In this document: piece by piece, positions 18,583 through 29,347 of the stretch | Layout of the letters: each line of letters starts with the position of its first letter | Position numbering within the stretch: the first letter of the stretch is position 1 | Origin: an uncultured delta proteobacterium | Lineage (GTDB): Bacteria > Myxococcota_A > Polyangia > Polyangiales > Polyangiaceae | Reading direction: 5' to 3' | Length of the DNA stretch: 64,000 nucleotides | NCBI GenBank assembly: GCA_963806225.1 | Contig: CAWDXG010000004.1 | Coordinates: 4,480,001-4,544,000 of the forward strand | Translations under genes and position numbers: made by a program | Notes under the pieces: generated by a model | What the model was told of the DNA's origin: nothing | The model's input: only the letters and a program-made list of their open reading frames with translations | The model's database searches: none

Positions 18583-20568
18583 CTACCTTTCTTCGAGCAG
18601 CTTCCTCAGCGCCGCGGTCAGCGCGTCGATGGTGAACGGCTTCTGCAGGAAGCTCGCCCTGGAGAGCTCGGCGCTGTCGAGAGCGGCGTCAGGGTAGCCG
18701 GATACGAACAGGATGCTGCTCTCCGGGTGGTACTCGCGGAAGGCATGCGCGAGCTGCCGTCCATTCTGGTCGGGCAGGATCACGTCCGTGATGAGCGCGT
18801 CGATGTTTTCCTTGCGAGCAGACGCCAGCTCCAGTGCTTCTTTCGCGCCGCTTGCTGCAAGCACGGTGTAGCCGCGACTTCCAAGGCCGCCCACCACGGT
18901 CCTCTGGACCAGCGGCTCGTCCTCCACCACCAGCACCGTTTCGACCCCCCGGCGCGTGAGCGGCGTGGTGCGCGCGGAGGGTGCGCTCGCGCTCTCCTCG
19001 AGGCGTGGCAGGTAGATCTCGAAGCGGGTTCCCTTGCCAAGGGTGCTGCTCGCGCTGATGTCGCCGGACAACTGCTTGATGAGGCCATACGCGCTCGCCA
19101 GCCCGAGGCCGGTGCCCAGCTCCTTCGTGGTGAAGAACGGCTCGAACACGTGCGCCAGCGTTTCCTTGTCCATGCCGACGCCCGTGTCGGTGACGGTTAT
19201 TCTGACGTAGTCGCCCGGCGGCAGGCCGCCGGGGGCCGCCGCCTGCTTCCCGTCCAGTGCGAGGGGCGCGGCTTCGATGCATAGCGTGCCTCTATCCGGC
19301 ATCGCGTCCCGCGCATTGACTGCCAGGTTGATCAGGACCTGCTCCAGCTGCCCGCGGTCGGCCTTGACCGGCAGAGGCTGCTCCGTTGTTGCGCAGACGA
19401 GCTCGACCTGTTCGCCCAGCAGGCGCCCGAGCAATTGCTCCACGTCGGCGACGAGAGCGTTCACGTCGACGATCTGCAGCTGGATGACCTGCTTCCGTGC
19501 GAACGAGAGCAGCTGCCGCGTGAGCTCGCCGGCCCGCCCCGCGGCCCTCTCGATCTGCTCGAGGTGTCGCCCCGGGCCGCTGTCGGGATCCACCTTGCGC
19601 TGCGCGAGCTCGGCCGAGCTGAGGATGACGGTGAGCAGGTTGTTGAAGTCGTGGGCGACTCCGCCGGCGAGCCGCCCGATGCTCTCCATCCGCTGCGCCT
19701 GCAGGAGATCAGCCTCCAGGCGGCGTAGCAGCGACACATCCATGAGCGTGCCCACCATGCGGCCGTGGCGTCCCTGCTCATCGTCCAGCACGCGCCCCTG
19801 GCTGTGCACCCAGCGCATCTCACCGTCCGGACGCACGATCCGGTATTCGAATGCGAACTCGTCGCCCTCCGGTCGCTTCAGGGCTTCCTCGACCGTCTTG
19901 TGCACGCGGTCGCGATCATCGGGGTGGATGAGTTGCACGAACAGCTCGTAGCCGCTCTCCGTCTCGTCGAGTCGAGCGCCGAGGACCTCGTCCAGCTCCC
20001 TGGACCAGGTCACCTTGTCCTCGTGGACGAGCCACTCCCAGGTGCCCATGCGCGCCGCCGAGAGCGCCAGACGCAGCCGCTCTTCGCTGTCGCGCAGCGC
20101 CTGCACGGCACGGCGTTCCTCGCTCACGTCGCGCACGATAGCCAGCGCTCCGGTGAAGCTGCCATCCGGCGCATACACCGGGCTGCTCGACATGCTGGTC
20201 ACGACCAGGCTGCCGTCGCGTCGCACGAAGGTGAAGTCGTGCCGTTCGGTCACGCCCCGCGAGCGGCGCTCCAGGTTCGATTCTGCCCGGAGCTGTGCCT
20301 CCTCTTCGGCGAAGTCGTACATCGTCGAGTCGAGCAGCTCTTCCAGCGTTGCGCCCAGGATCTCCGCCATGCGCTGGTTGCCGAAGGTCGTGCGGCCCTC
20401 GGCGTCGATGGCCCAGATGCCGTCGGCCGAGTGGTCCATGACGAGGTGCAGCCGCTCTTCGCTCTCGTGCAGCGCCTGCTCGGTTTCGCGCTGCGCCCGG
20501 AGCTCGTCGCGCAGCTCGGCGTTTTCCTGCCGCAGCGCGGCGAGTTGGTCTTCCACCCCTCGTATCAC
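18583..20568 (-). CDS. Hybrid PAS sensor histidine kinase with receiver
   Basis: Two PAS domains; AHDFNNLL H-box; NLAVNARDAM; FFTTK; C-terminal REC. Confidence 0.93.
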   Translation of the reverse strand: MIRGVEDQLAALRQENAELRDELRAQRETEQALHESEERLHLVMDHSADGIWAIDAEGRTTFGNQRMAEILGATLEELLDSTMYDFAEEEAQLRAESNLERRSRGVTERHDFTFVRRDGSLVVTSMSSSPVYAPDGSFTGALAIVRDVSEERRAVQALRDSEERLRLALSAARMGTWEWLVHEDKVTWSRELDEVLGARLDETESGYELFVQLIHPDDRDRVHKTVEEALKRPEGDEFAFEYRIVRPDGEMRWVHSQGRVLDDEQGRHGRMVGTLMDVSLLRRLEADLLQAQRMESIGRLAGGVAHDFNNLLTVILSSAELAQRKVDPDSGPGRHLEQIERAAGRAGELTRQLLSFARKQVIQLQIVDVNALVADVEQLLGRLLGEQVELVCATTEQPLPVKADRGQLEQVLINLAVNARDAMPDRGTLCIEAAPLALDGKQAAAPGGLPPGDYVRITVTDTGVGMDKETLAHVFEPFFTTKELGTGLGLASAYGLIKQLSGDISASSTLGKGTRFEIYLPRLEESASAPSARTTPLTRRGVETVLVVEDEPLVQRTVVGGLGSRGYTVLAASGAKEALELASARKENIDALITDVILPDQNGRQLAHAFREYHPESSILFVSGYPDAALDSAELSRASFLQKPFTIDALTAALRKLLEER

Positions 20569-20668
20569 TCTGGTTACCTAGTATTCGGCCGTCCTGGCCG
20601 GCTGTCGAGCGCGCTCCGCGTGCGGATGACAATCGTCTGTGGGGCCGCGAAGTGGTACCACGCAGGCG

Positions 20669-21235
20669 ATGACGGCAGCCGACGACGCGGTGCTGGTCTG
20701 GCAGCAGATCGAAGCGGAAGTCCGTTCCCGGGCGCCGGCACTAACGTCCCGCCTGCTGCCGCCCGCTTCGCCGCAGGCTCTGTCGCGCGCAGAAGCCGCG
20801 CTGGGAGTGGAGCTGCCGGACAGCGTCGTGGCCGTCTATCTGGTGCATGATGGCCTCGGCGTGCCCGCGGTGCTCGAATCGCGGACGCGCGCCTCCGCGC
20901 TGCTGCCGCTCGCGGAGATGCTCGAGCACTGGCGGAGCCTGACCGGTCTCCTCGACGAAGGGCGCTTCGACGACTGCGCAGTCGAGCAGGTGCGCGGCCC
21001 GGTCAAGGCGGACTGGTACAATCGCGGTTGGCTGCCCGTCGCCAGCGACGGCGCCGGCAACTACTTCTGCATCGATCTGGATCCGGCAGAAGGCGGCACG
21101 CCGGGACAGGTGATCGCTTTCCGTCACGACTCGCCCGAGCGCTGGGTGGAGGCGCCGGATCTTGCGACCTTTGTCGCTACGCATCTCGACGTGGAGGAGT
21201 GGGCGGAGCGCGAGGGCGCCGCGCGGAAGCGCTAG
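20669..21235 (+). CDS. SMI1/KNR4-family protein
   Basis: AEAALGVELP...HDG; GWLPVASDGAGNYFCIDLDP...GQVI. Confidence 0.88.
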   Translation: MTAADDAVLVWQQIEAEVRSRAPALTSRLLPPASPQALSRAEAALGVELPDSVVAVYLVHDGLGVPAVLESRTRASALLPLAEMLEHWRSLTGLLDEGRFDDCAVEQVRGPVKADWYNRGWLPVASDGAGNYFCIDLDPAEGGTPGQVIAFRHDSPERWVEAPDLATFVATHLDVEEWAEREGAARKR

Positions 21236-21321
21236 ATTGACTGCGGTCAACCAGTGCCCTGACCGGCGCCGGGTGGACGCGAGCACGCCGCTGCTAGCCT
21301 CCAGGCCAAGGGAGGTACGGC

Positions 21322-21759
21322 ATGCCGAGTGCGCACGAGGATTTCTGGAAGAGCCCGAGCTTTGCGTTCGTGGGCCATTCCGCCGTCCAACGCTTTCCCG
21401 AGCTCAGCTACAAGAAGAGCAAGAAGCTCGGCAAGAAGGTGTTCGCGATCGATCCGGGTGCGGACCGCATCCAGGGCGATCGCGCGTACCACGGCTTCGA
21501 CGAGCTGCCCGAGAAGGTCGAGTCGGTGGTGCTGGAAGTGCCCCGCGCCGAGACGGCCGAGTGGGTGGAGAAAGCGGCGGATGCGGGCGTCAGGAACGTG
21601 TGGGTCCACATGCTTCGTGACACGCCCGAGGCGCTCTCGATCGCGCAGGAGCGCGGGTTGAACGTACTGACCGGCTCCTGTGCCGTGATGTATCTGGACC
21701 GGGGCCCGTCGTACCACTCGGTGCACAAGCTCATCGCGAAGCTCACCCACCGCTACTGA
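21322..21759 (+). CDS. CoA-binding domain protein
   Basis: FAFVGHS...AGVRNVWVH...GSCAVM; GGAGG RBS upstream. Confidence 0.85.
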   Translation: MPSAHEDFWKSPSFAFVGHSAVQRFPELSYKKSKKLGKKVFAIDPGADRIQGDRAYHGFDELPEKVESVVLEVPRAETAEWVEKAADAGVRNVWVHMLRDTPEALSIAQERGLNVLTGSCAVMYLDRGPSYHSVHKLIAKLTHRY

Positions 21760-21824
21760 AAGCCCGCGGCGGCAGGCGGAGCCACGCGCTGACAGCGCGT
21801 GCGCCGTGTGCGAGCATCCTCCGC

Positions 21825-23142
21825 ATGCCCGTACCCGCCATTGCCCTGGCTGCTGCCCTGGGTATGAACGTGCACCTCCCGCCCGCCGACACGCTGGATC
21901 TCGCCAGGGATCTCGGCAGCGAGTGGGTGCGCATCGACTTCAACTGGGACGTGGCCGAGCCGACCGAGGGAAACTACGACTGGTCAAAGCTCGACGCCGT
22001 CATCGACGCCGCCGACGCGCGCGGCCTGAGCGTATACGCGACCATCGGCTACACGCCGGCGTGGGCCTCCATCTCGAACGACCGGAACGGCGACGGCGCG
22101 AAGAACGACGTACCCGACCCGGTCAAGTACGCGCGCTTCGTCGGCGACGCCGTGAAGCGCTACTCCAGTCGCGTCGCGGCCTGGGGCACCTGGAACGAGC
22201 CGAACCTGGGCGATTTCTTCGAAGGCACGCGCGACGAGTGGATCAAGGACGCGTTCGAGCCCGCGGTCGATGCCGTCAAGAACAACTGCAGCGGTTGCCT
22301 GGTGGTCGGCCCGGAGCTCGCGACCATCGGCGGCAAGTACGAGGACTACCTGCGCGCCGCGCTGGCCTCGCGCGGAAGCAAGCTCGACGCGGTGAGCTTC
22401 CACGACTACGCATCGTTTCCAGAGGACGACCCGGCCGCGGGCAAGACGAAGGACAGCTTCTACAACAAGCTGGACAGCCATCGCGTGTTGAAGCTCGGCA
22501 ACACCACCGTGTACGAGGGGCCGCTGTCCGTTCGCGAGGTGCTGCTCGACACTGGCTTTTCCAGGAAGCCCGTGTGGATGACCGAGACGGGGCAGGAGGC
22601 GGCCGTCGGCGACCCGGCAGCGCTCGACCAGCAGAAGCAGTACGTCGGCCGCGTGGTGGACGCGATGCTGTGCCGCCCGTGGTGGAAGCGCACGTTCTTC
22701 TACGAGCTCAGCGAGGAACATCCGAACGGCATGTGGCCCGACATCCACTGGGGTCTCGCGCTGCGCACCGCAGGGCCGGATGCGACGTATGCCGACAATT
22801 TCCAGAAGAAGCCGGCGTTCGATGCCCTCTTGGCGCGCATCCAGGCCTGCGCATCGAACAGCGCCACGGGCTGCATGCCCACCTGCAGCAACGGCGCGGG
22901 CGGCGCGGGCGGCGCGGGCGGCGCGGGCGGCGCGGGCGGCGCGGGCGGCGCGGGCGGCGCGGGCGGCGCGGGCGGCGCGGGCGGCGGGGCCGGAGCCGGC
23001 ACCGGCGCGACGACGGATGTCAGTGCGGGATCGGGATGTGGTTGCAGGGTGGAGGGCCCGGCCCCAGATCCTCTGTACCCCGGGTTTGCGGGTGTGGTGG
23101 CTCTGCTGGCGGCGTGGACGCGGCGCCGGCGAGGAGCGCAGA

Positions 23143-23165
<23 letters not shown>
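21825..23165 (+). CDS. Clan GH-A glycoside hydrolase (GH5/GH39-like) with MYXO-CTERM tail
   Basis: VRIDFNW; WNEPN acid/base; WMTETG nucleophile; C-terminal GCGC-hydrophobic-RRRR. Confidence 0.8.
22893..22982 (+). repeat. Perfect 9-bp tandem repeat (GGCGCGGGC) x10 encoding (GAG)n linker
   Basis: Directly visible in the sequence. Confidence 0.9.
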
Positions 23166-24556
<1,391 letters not shown>

Positions 24557-24571
24557 CGGCCGCCCAGAGCC

Positions 24572-26437
24572 ATGCACGCCCCGGAACCATCCGGTCGGAG
24601 TTTTCTGAAGATCGTCGCCGGGGTCGGCGTCGCGATGCTCGTCATCATCGCGCTGACGGTGCGCGTGATGCTCGGCAATCCGCAGCGACCGGTGGCCAGC
24701 GCCGACGAGCCGCCGAAGCCGCCCGACCAGTGCGTCGTCTGCCACAAGACGCGCGCCGACGACCCGGGCGGCTCCCACGCGGCGGCGCAGATCGGCTGCG
24801 CGAGCTGTCACCTCGGCAACGCGAAGGCCACGACTAGAGTCGCCGCACACTCCGGCATGGAGCCCGAGCCCGGCGCGCTGTCGACCGTGGACCGGACCTG
24901 CGGCAAGTGCCACACGCGCGAAGCCGCGACCGTGAAGACATCGCTCATGGCAGCCGCGCGGGGCGTGGTCGCCGTCGACCGCTGGGCGTTCGGCGAGCAG
25001 AAGACACCGAACGGCGTGCAGACGATGGAAGAGGCGATCACCGCGAAAGAGCCGACGCCCGCCCAGGATCACCTCGGGCGGCTGTGTGGCGGCTGCCACA
25101 TCGGCGTGCGCAAGGACAACCGCGACGACGCCGTGCAGGGCATCGGCACCGGCTGCAGCTCCTGCCACGTCGCAACGCACTCGCCCGACAACCCCCACCC
25201 GAAGATCCTGAAGAGCGTGCCCGACCGGCAGTGCCTCGGCTGCCACTCGCGCAGCGCGCGCATCAGCCTGTCGTACCAGGGGCTCGCCGAGGCGTCCGGA
25301 CCCTACGCGGACAGCTGCAAGAACCCGACGAAGCTGTTCGATGGGCGCGCGGGATGTCGGCTCGACGAGGACGTCCACCACGCCGCGGGCATCGGCTGCA
25401 CCGACTGTCACCTGCACACCGAGCTGATGGGCGACGGCGTCGTGCGCAAGCACGAAGCCGAGCAGGTCGAGATCGGCTGCGAGACCTGCCATGGCCCGGC
25501 CAAGGACGCGCGCTGGTCCGACGCGAAGGATCCGATCTCGAAGGACCTCCTGCGCATCCACAAGCAGAAGCGCGCGCCCAGCGAGAAGGTGCGGCTCGGC
25601 CAGCGTGGCACACCGCTGTGGAACCTGCGCCCGTCCGCGAAGGGCTGGCAGCTGTTTCCCAAGTCCGGCGGCAGACCCTGGCCCGTCAAGCCGACGCCGC
25701 GCGACGAAAACCACCGGCTTCCCGGTCACGAGCGGCTGACCTGCACGTCCTGCCACGCGGCGTGGATGCCGAGTTGCCCTACCTGCCACACGCGTTTCGA
25801 TCCCGGCGCAAAGCAGTGGGACTTCGGGCGCGCCGCCGTCGCGCCCGGCAAGTGGATCGAGGAGAACGACGGTATGGGCTACGGCGTGCCCGGGCTTGCC
25901 GTGCGCGCCGACGGACTCATCGCGCCCGCCGCACCGGGGATGATCGCAGAGCTCGACGCGCGCGCTGCGGGAGGAACCTCGCGCGACCTGCGGTTGCTCT
26001 CGAGCTACGACCCGCACACCACGGGGAAGAAGGCGCGCGACTGCGCCTCGTGCCACGACTCGGCGCGCGCGCTGGGGCTCGGCACGGGCGCGCTCGACCT
26101 CGGCGCGGCGGGGCCCCGCTTCCACCCGGCGCATCCCGATCCGCGCGACCCGCGCTACGCCGCCGATGGCTGGACGCGGCTCTTTCCGGACAAGCCGGCA
26201 GAAGCCACCCGCGTCGGCGCCCGTGGGCTCGACGCGAGCGAGCAGCGGAGGGTGCTGCGGGTCGGCGCGTGCCTGCCCTGCCACGCGCGGGCCGCGGACC
26301 CGATCTGGCGGGATTTCCAGGCTTCCATCACGCGCTTGGCTGCCGGTGGGACAACCTGCAAGGGCCACGCATGGGCCTGGGTGAAACGGCGCGTTCCAGG
26401 TCCGCGACACCGCGTTCCAGTACATGAACCGAATTGA
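24572..26437 (+). CDS. Membrane-anchored dodecaheme cytochrome c
   Basis: 12 CxxCH motifs counted; N-terminal hydrophobic anchor. Confidence 0.92.
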   Translation: MHAPEPSGRSFLKIVAGVGVAMLVIIALTVRVMLGNPQRPVASADEPPKPPDQCVVCHKTRADDPGGSHAAAQIGCASCHLGNAKATTRVAAHSGMEPEPGALSTVDRTCGKCHTREAATVKTSLMAAARGVVAVDRWAFGEQKTPNGVQTMEEAITAKEPTPAQDHLGRLCGGCHIGVRKDNRDDAVQGIGTGCSSCHVATHSPDNPHPKILKSVPDRQCLGCHSRSARISLSYQGLAEASGPYADSCKNPTKLFDGRAGCRLDEDVHHAAGIGCTDCHLHTELMGDGVVRKHEAEQVEIGCETCHGPAKDARWSDAKDPISKDLLRIHKQKRAPSEKVRLGQRGTPLWNLRPSAKGWQLFPKSGGRPWPVKPTPRDENHRLPGHERLTCTSCHAAWMPSCPTCHTRFDPGAKQWDFGRAAVAPGKWIEENDGMGYGVPGLAVRADGLIAPAAPGMIAELDARAAGGTSRDLRLLSSYDPHTTGKKARDCASCHDSARALGLGTGALDLGAAGPRFHPAHPDPRDPRYAADGWTRLFPDKPAEATRVGARGLDASEQRRVLRVGACLPCHARAADPIWRDFQASITRLAAGGTTCKGHAWAWVKRRVPGPRHRVPVHEPN

Positions 26438-26461
26438 TTCAAATATGAAACGTAGCGTTTC
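26382..26461. promoter_or_regulatory. Candidate upstream activator sequences
   Basis: TGAAACG-GCG-CGTTCC (26382-97) and TGAAACG-TAG-CGTTTC (26446-61), 64 bp apart. Confidence 0.55.
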
Positions 26462-26524
26462 GGTCACCCAGCTGGTTCTGGGACAGATAAGTCTAATATA
26501 TTGATATAATTGGTGTTTCTAGAC

Positions 26525-26540
26525 TGGCCCGGGCCTTGCT
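26525..26540 (+). promoter_or_regulatory. Sigma-54 (-24/-12) promoter of the psr operon
   Basis: TGGCCCG-GGCC-TTGCT with GG 26526-27 and GC 26538-39; preceded by an AT-rich tract; activator gene upstream. Confidence 0.85.
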
Positions 26541-26585
26541 GTGGCTCCAGGTGGAACGCGCTTCCGCGCTGCCTGGAGGCCCACG

Positions 26586-28802
26586 ATGCGAGTCAACCGG
26601 CGCACCTTCATCAAGATCGGCGGAGTCGCCGCGGGCGCGGCGGCCGTCGGCATTCCCCTCGTTGCCCAGCATGCCGCCGGCCACCGCGAGCTCGCGCTCG
26701 ACCCTGGCACCGACGGCGACGAGATCGTCCCGACCTTCTGCGAGATGTGCTTCTGGAAGTGCGGCGTGCTCGCGCACGTGCGGCAGGGACGCGTCACCAA
26801 GATCGTCGGCAACCCCGAGCACCCGCTCTCGCGCGGGCACCTGTGTCCTCGCGGCACGGGCGGGACGGGGCTGCTCTACGACCCCGACCGGTTGAAGAAG
26901 CCGCTCATCCGGCGAAGCAAGCGCGGCGAGCAGGTCTTCGAGGAGGTGAGCTGGGACGAAGCGCTCGACCACGTCGCCAAGCAGCTCACCCGCATCAAGA
27001 ACAAGTACGGTCCCGAGGCGCTCGCCGTCTTCACGCACGGCTTCGGTGGCTCGTGGTTCAACAAGCTGGCCGCCGCCTACGGCACGCGCAACACGGGCGC
27101 GCCGGGCTACGCGCAGTGCCGCGGCTCGCGCGACGTGGCGTGGGAGCTCACCTATGGCTGCCCCGTCGGCTCTCCCGAGGCTACCGACATCGAGAACGCG
27201 CGCGTGCTCACGCTCATCGGCAGCCACCTGGGCGAGAACATGCACAACACCCAGGTGCAGGAGCTCGCGCGCGCTATCGACAAGGGTGCGGAGCTGGTCG
27301 TCGTCGACCCGCGCTTCAGCGTGGCGGCGGGAAAGGCGCGCTACTGGCTGCCGATCAAGCCGGGTACCGACATCGCGCTGCTGCTCGCGTGGATGCACGT
27401 GATCGTGGGCGAGAAGCTGTACGACCGCGACTACGTCGACAAGTACAGCGTCGGCCTCGACAAGCTCGCCGAGCACCTCCTGGACAAGACGCCCGAGTGG
27501 GCCGCGGTCGAGACGGGCATCGAGGCAGGGACGATTGTGGAGACGGCGCGTTTCATCGCGGGCGCGCGGCCCGCGTCGCTGGTCCACCCCGGACGCCGCG
27601 CCGCGTGGTACGGCAACGACACGCAGCGTGGCCGCGCCATTGCGATCCTCGACGCGTTGCTCGGAGCGTGGGGCCGCAAGGGCGGCTTCTACCTGCCGGC
27701 GCCAATGAGCGTGCCTGCCTACCCGGGCATTCCGAAGCCGACGTACAAGCCGAAGGACCCCGTCGACATGCCGCTCGGGAAGGTGTTCCCGTTCGCGGAC
27801 GAGGGGCTCGCCCACGGTCTGCGCGACGCCAGCCTGCCCGGTGCGAAGGTTGCCTATCCGCTCAAGGCCTGGTTCGTCTACGGCACCAACCTGCCGATGG
27901 CGCTGCCCGAGCCGAAGAAGACAATCGAGGCGCTGAAGGCGCTCGACTTCGTGGTGTCCGTGGATGTGTTGCCAACGGAGATCACCGGCTGGGCCGACGT
28001 GGTGCTGCCCGAAGCAACGTACCTCGAGCGCTTCGACGATCTGCACGTGGCGCCCTTCAAGCCGAGCTACACGGCGCTCCGGCAGCCGGTGATCGAGCCC
28101 ATGTACGACTCGAAGCCAGGCTGGTGGATTGCCAGGGAGCTCGCCAAGCGTCTCGGCCTGGGTGACTACTTCCCGTTCGAGCGCGTCGAGGACTACCTGC
28201 AGAAGCGCCTGTCACTGATGGGCTCGTCGCTCGACGACATCCGGGTGAAGGGTGTGCTCACGGCGCCGAAGCAGCCCATCTACATCGAGGAAGGTGTGGT
28301 GCCGGACATTGCGACGCCGTCGAAGAAGATCGAGCTCTTCTCGCAGCAGCTCGCCGACGCTGGGCTCGACCCTCTGCCGAACTACACGCGGCCCGACGCG
28401 GGGCCGCCCGGGAGCTTCCGGCTCCTGACCGGGCGCACGCCCACGCAGACGTTCAGCCGCACCACGAACAACCGCTTCCTGGCGCGGGTCTACGACACGA
28501 ACGACGTGTGGGTGAACGCAGGCCGGGCGCGCGAGCTCGGTCTCTCGAACGGCGACATGGTCGTGCTCGTGAACCAGGACGGGGCGCGCACCGCGCCGCT
28601 GCCGCTCCGGGCCACCGAGCGCATCCGGCCCGACTGCGTGTTCATGGTGCACGGCTACGGCCACACGTCGAAGGGGCTGAAGTTCGCGCGCGGGCGCGGC
28701 GCGTGTGACACCGACGTGTGCACGAAGACCAAAATCGATCCCGTGATGGGCGGAACCGCGGTCAACGTGAACTTCGTCCGGATCGAAAGGGTATCGGCAT
28801 GA
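26586..28802 (+). CDS. psrA: Polysulfide/thiosulfate reductase catalytic molybdopterin subunit (PsrA/PhsA family)
   Basis: Tat signal NRRTFIK; CEMCFWKC...LCPRG FS0 cluster; likely Mo-ligand Cys in YAQCRG; ADVVLPEATYLER; GGAGG RBS. Confidence 0.85.
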   Translation: MRVNRRTFIKIGGVAAGAAAVGIPLVAQHAAGHRELALDPGTDGDEIVPTFCEMCFWKCGVLAHVRQGRVTKIVGNPEHPLSRGHLCPRGTGGTGLLYDPDRLKKPLIRRSKRGEQVFEEVSWDEALDHVAKQLTRIKNKYGPEALAVFTHGFGGSWFNKLAAAYGTRNTGAPGYAQCRGSRDVAWELTYGCPVGSPEATDIENARVLTLIGSHLGENMHNTQVQELARAIDKGAELVVVDPRFSVAAGKARYWLPIKPGTDIALLLAWMHVIVGEKLYDRDYVDKYSVGLDKLAEHLLDKTPEWAAVETGIEAGTIVETARFIAGARPASLVHPGRRAAWYGNDTQRGRAIAILDALLGAWGRKGGFYLPAPMSVPAYPGIPKPTYKPKDPVDMPLGKVFPFADEGLAHGLRDASLPGAKVAYPLKAWFVYGTNLPMALPEPKKTIEALKALDFVVSVDVLPTEITGWADVVLPEATYLERFDDLHVAPFKPSYTALRQPVIEPMYDSKPGWWIARELAKRLGLGDYFPFERVEDYLQKRLSLMGSSLDDIRVKGVLTAPKQPIYIEEGVVPDIATPSKKIELFSQQLADAGLDPLPNYTRPDAGPPGSFRLLTGRTPTQTFSRTTNNRFLARVYDTNDVWVNAGRARELGLSNGDMVVLVNQDGARTAPLPLRATERIRPDCVFMVHGYGHTSKGLKFARGRGACDTDVCTKTKIDPVMGGTAVNVNFVRIERVSA

Positions 28803-29338
28803 CCAAGCGCTACGCGATGGTGGTCGACACCAAGAAGTGCGTGGGCTGCAAGGCCTGTGCACTTGCCTGTGCAGCCGAGAACAACGTGCCGCAGGGCTTC
28901 ACGAGGAGCTGGGTCGTTGAAGAGACCCGCGGCGTGTTTCCCGAGCTGAGGCAGCAGTTCCTTTCGGAGCGCTGCAACCAGTGCACGGACGCCGCCTGCG
29001 TCGAGGTCTGCCCGACCGGTGCAAGCCACTTCGCCGAAGGCGGCGTGGTGCTTGTCGACCACAACAAGTGCACCGGCTGCAAGGCCTGCATTGCTTCCTG
29101 CCCGTACGACGCGCGCTACGTGCACCCGGCCGGCTACGTCGACAAGTGCACGTTCTGTCTGCACCGCGTGCAGGCGGGCAAGGAGCCGGCCTGTGTCGAG
29201 GTGTGCCCCACCCGGAGCCTGCACTTCGGCGACCGGAACGACCCGGAGAGCGAGGTTTCGGTTCTCCTGCGCACGCGCAAGTCGAAGGTGCTGCACCCCG
29301 AAGCGGGCACCGAGCCCAACGTCTTCTTCCTCGAGTGA
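28799..29338 (+). CDS. psrB: 4x[4Fe-4S] electron-transfer subunit (PsrB/NrfC)
   Basis: CVGCKACALAC, CNQCTDAACVEVCP, CTGCKACIASCP, KCTFC...PACVEVCP; ATGA overlap with psrA. Confidence 0.88.
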   Translation: MTKRYAMVVDTKKCVGCKACALACAAENNVPQGFTRSWVVEETRGVFPELRQQFLSERCNQCTDAACVEVCPTGASHFAEGGVVLVDHNKCTGCKACIASCPYDARYVHPAGYVDKCTFCLHRVQAGKEPACVEVCPTRSLHFGDRNDPESEVSVLLRTRKSKVLHPEAGTEPNVFFLE

Positions 29339-29347
29339 GAAAATGCG

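Noticed and set aside
26545..26578. CTCCAGG/CCTGGAG hairpin that could hide the psrA RBS
   Set aside because: The left arm lies mostly upstream of the predicted sigma-54 start (~26551), so it would not be in that transcript.
26586..28802. Nitrate reductase, formate dehydrogenase or arsenate reductase identity; selenocysteine
   Set aside because: The size, CEMCFWKC motif, NrfC/NrfD partners and YeeE neighbours fit Psr/Phs best. There is no in-frame TGA. The exact substrate remains unproven.
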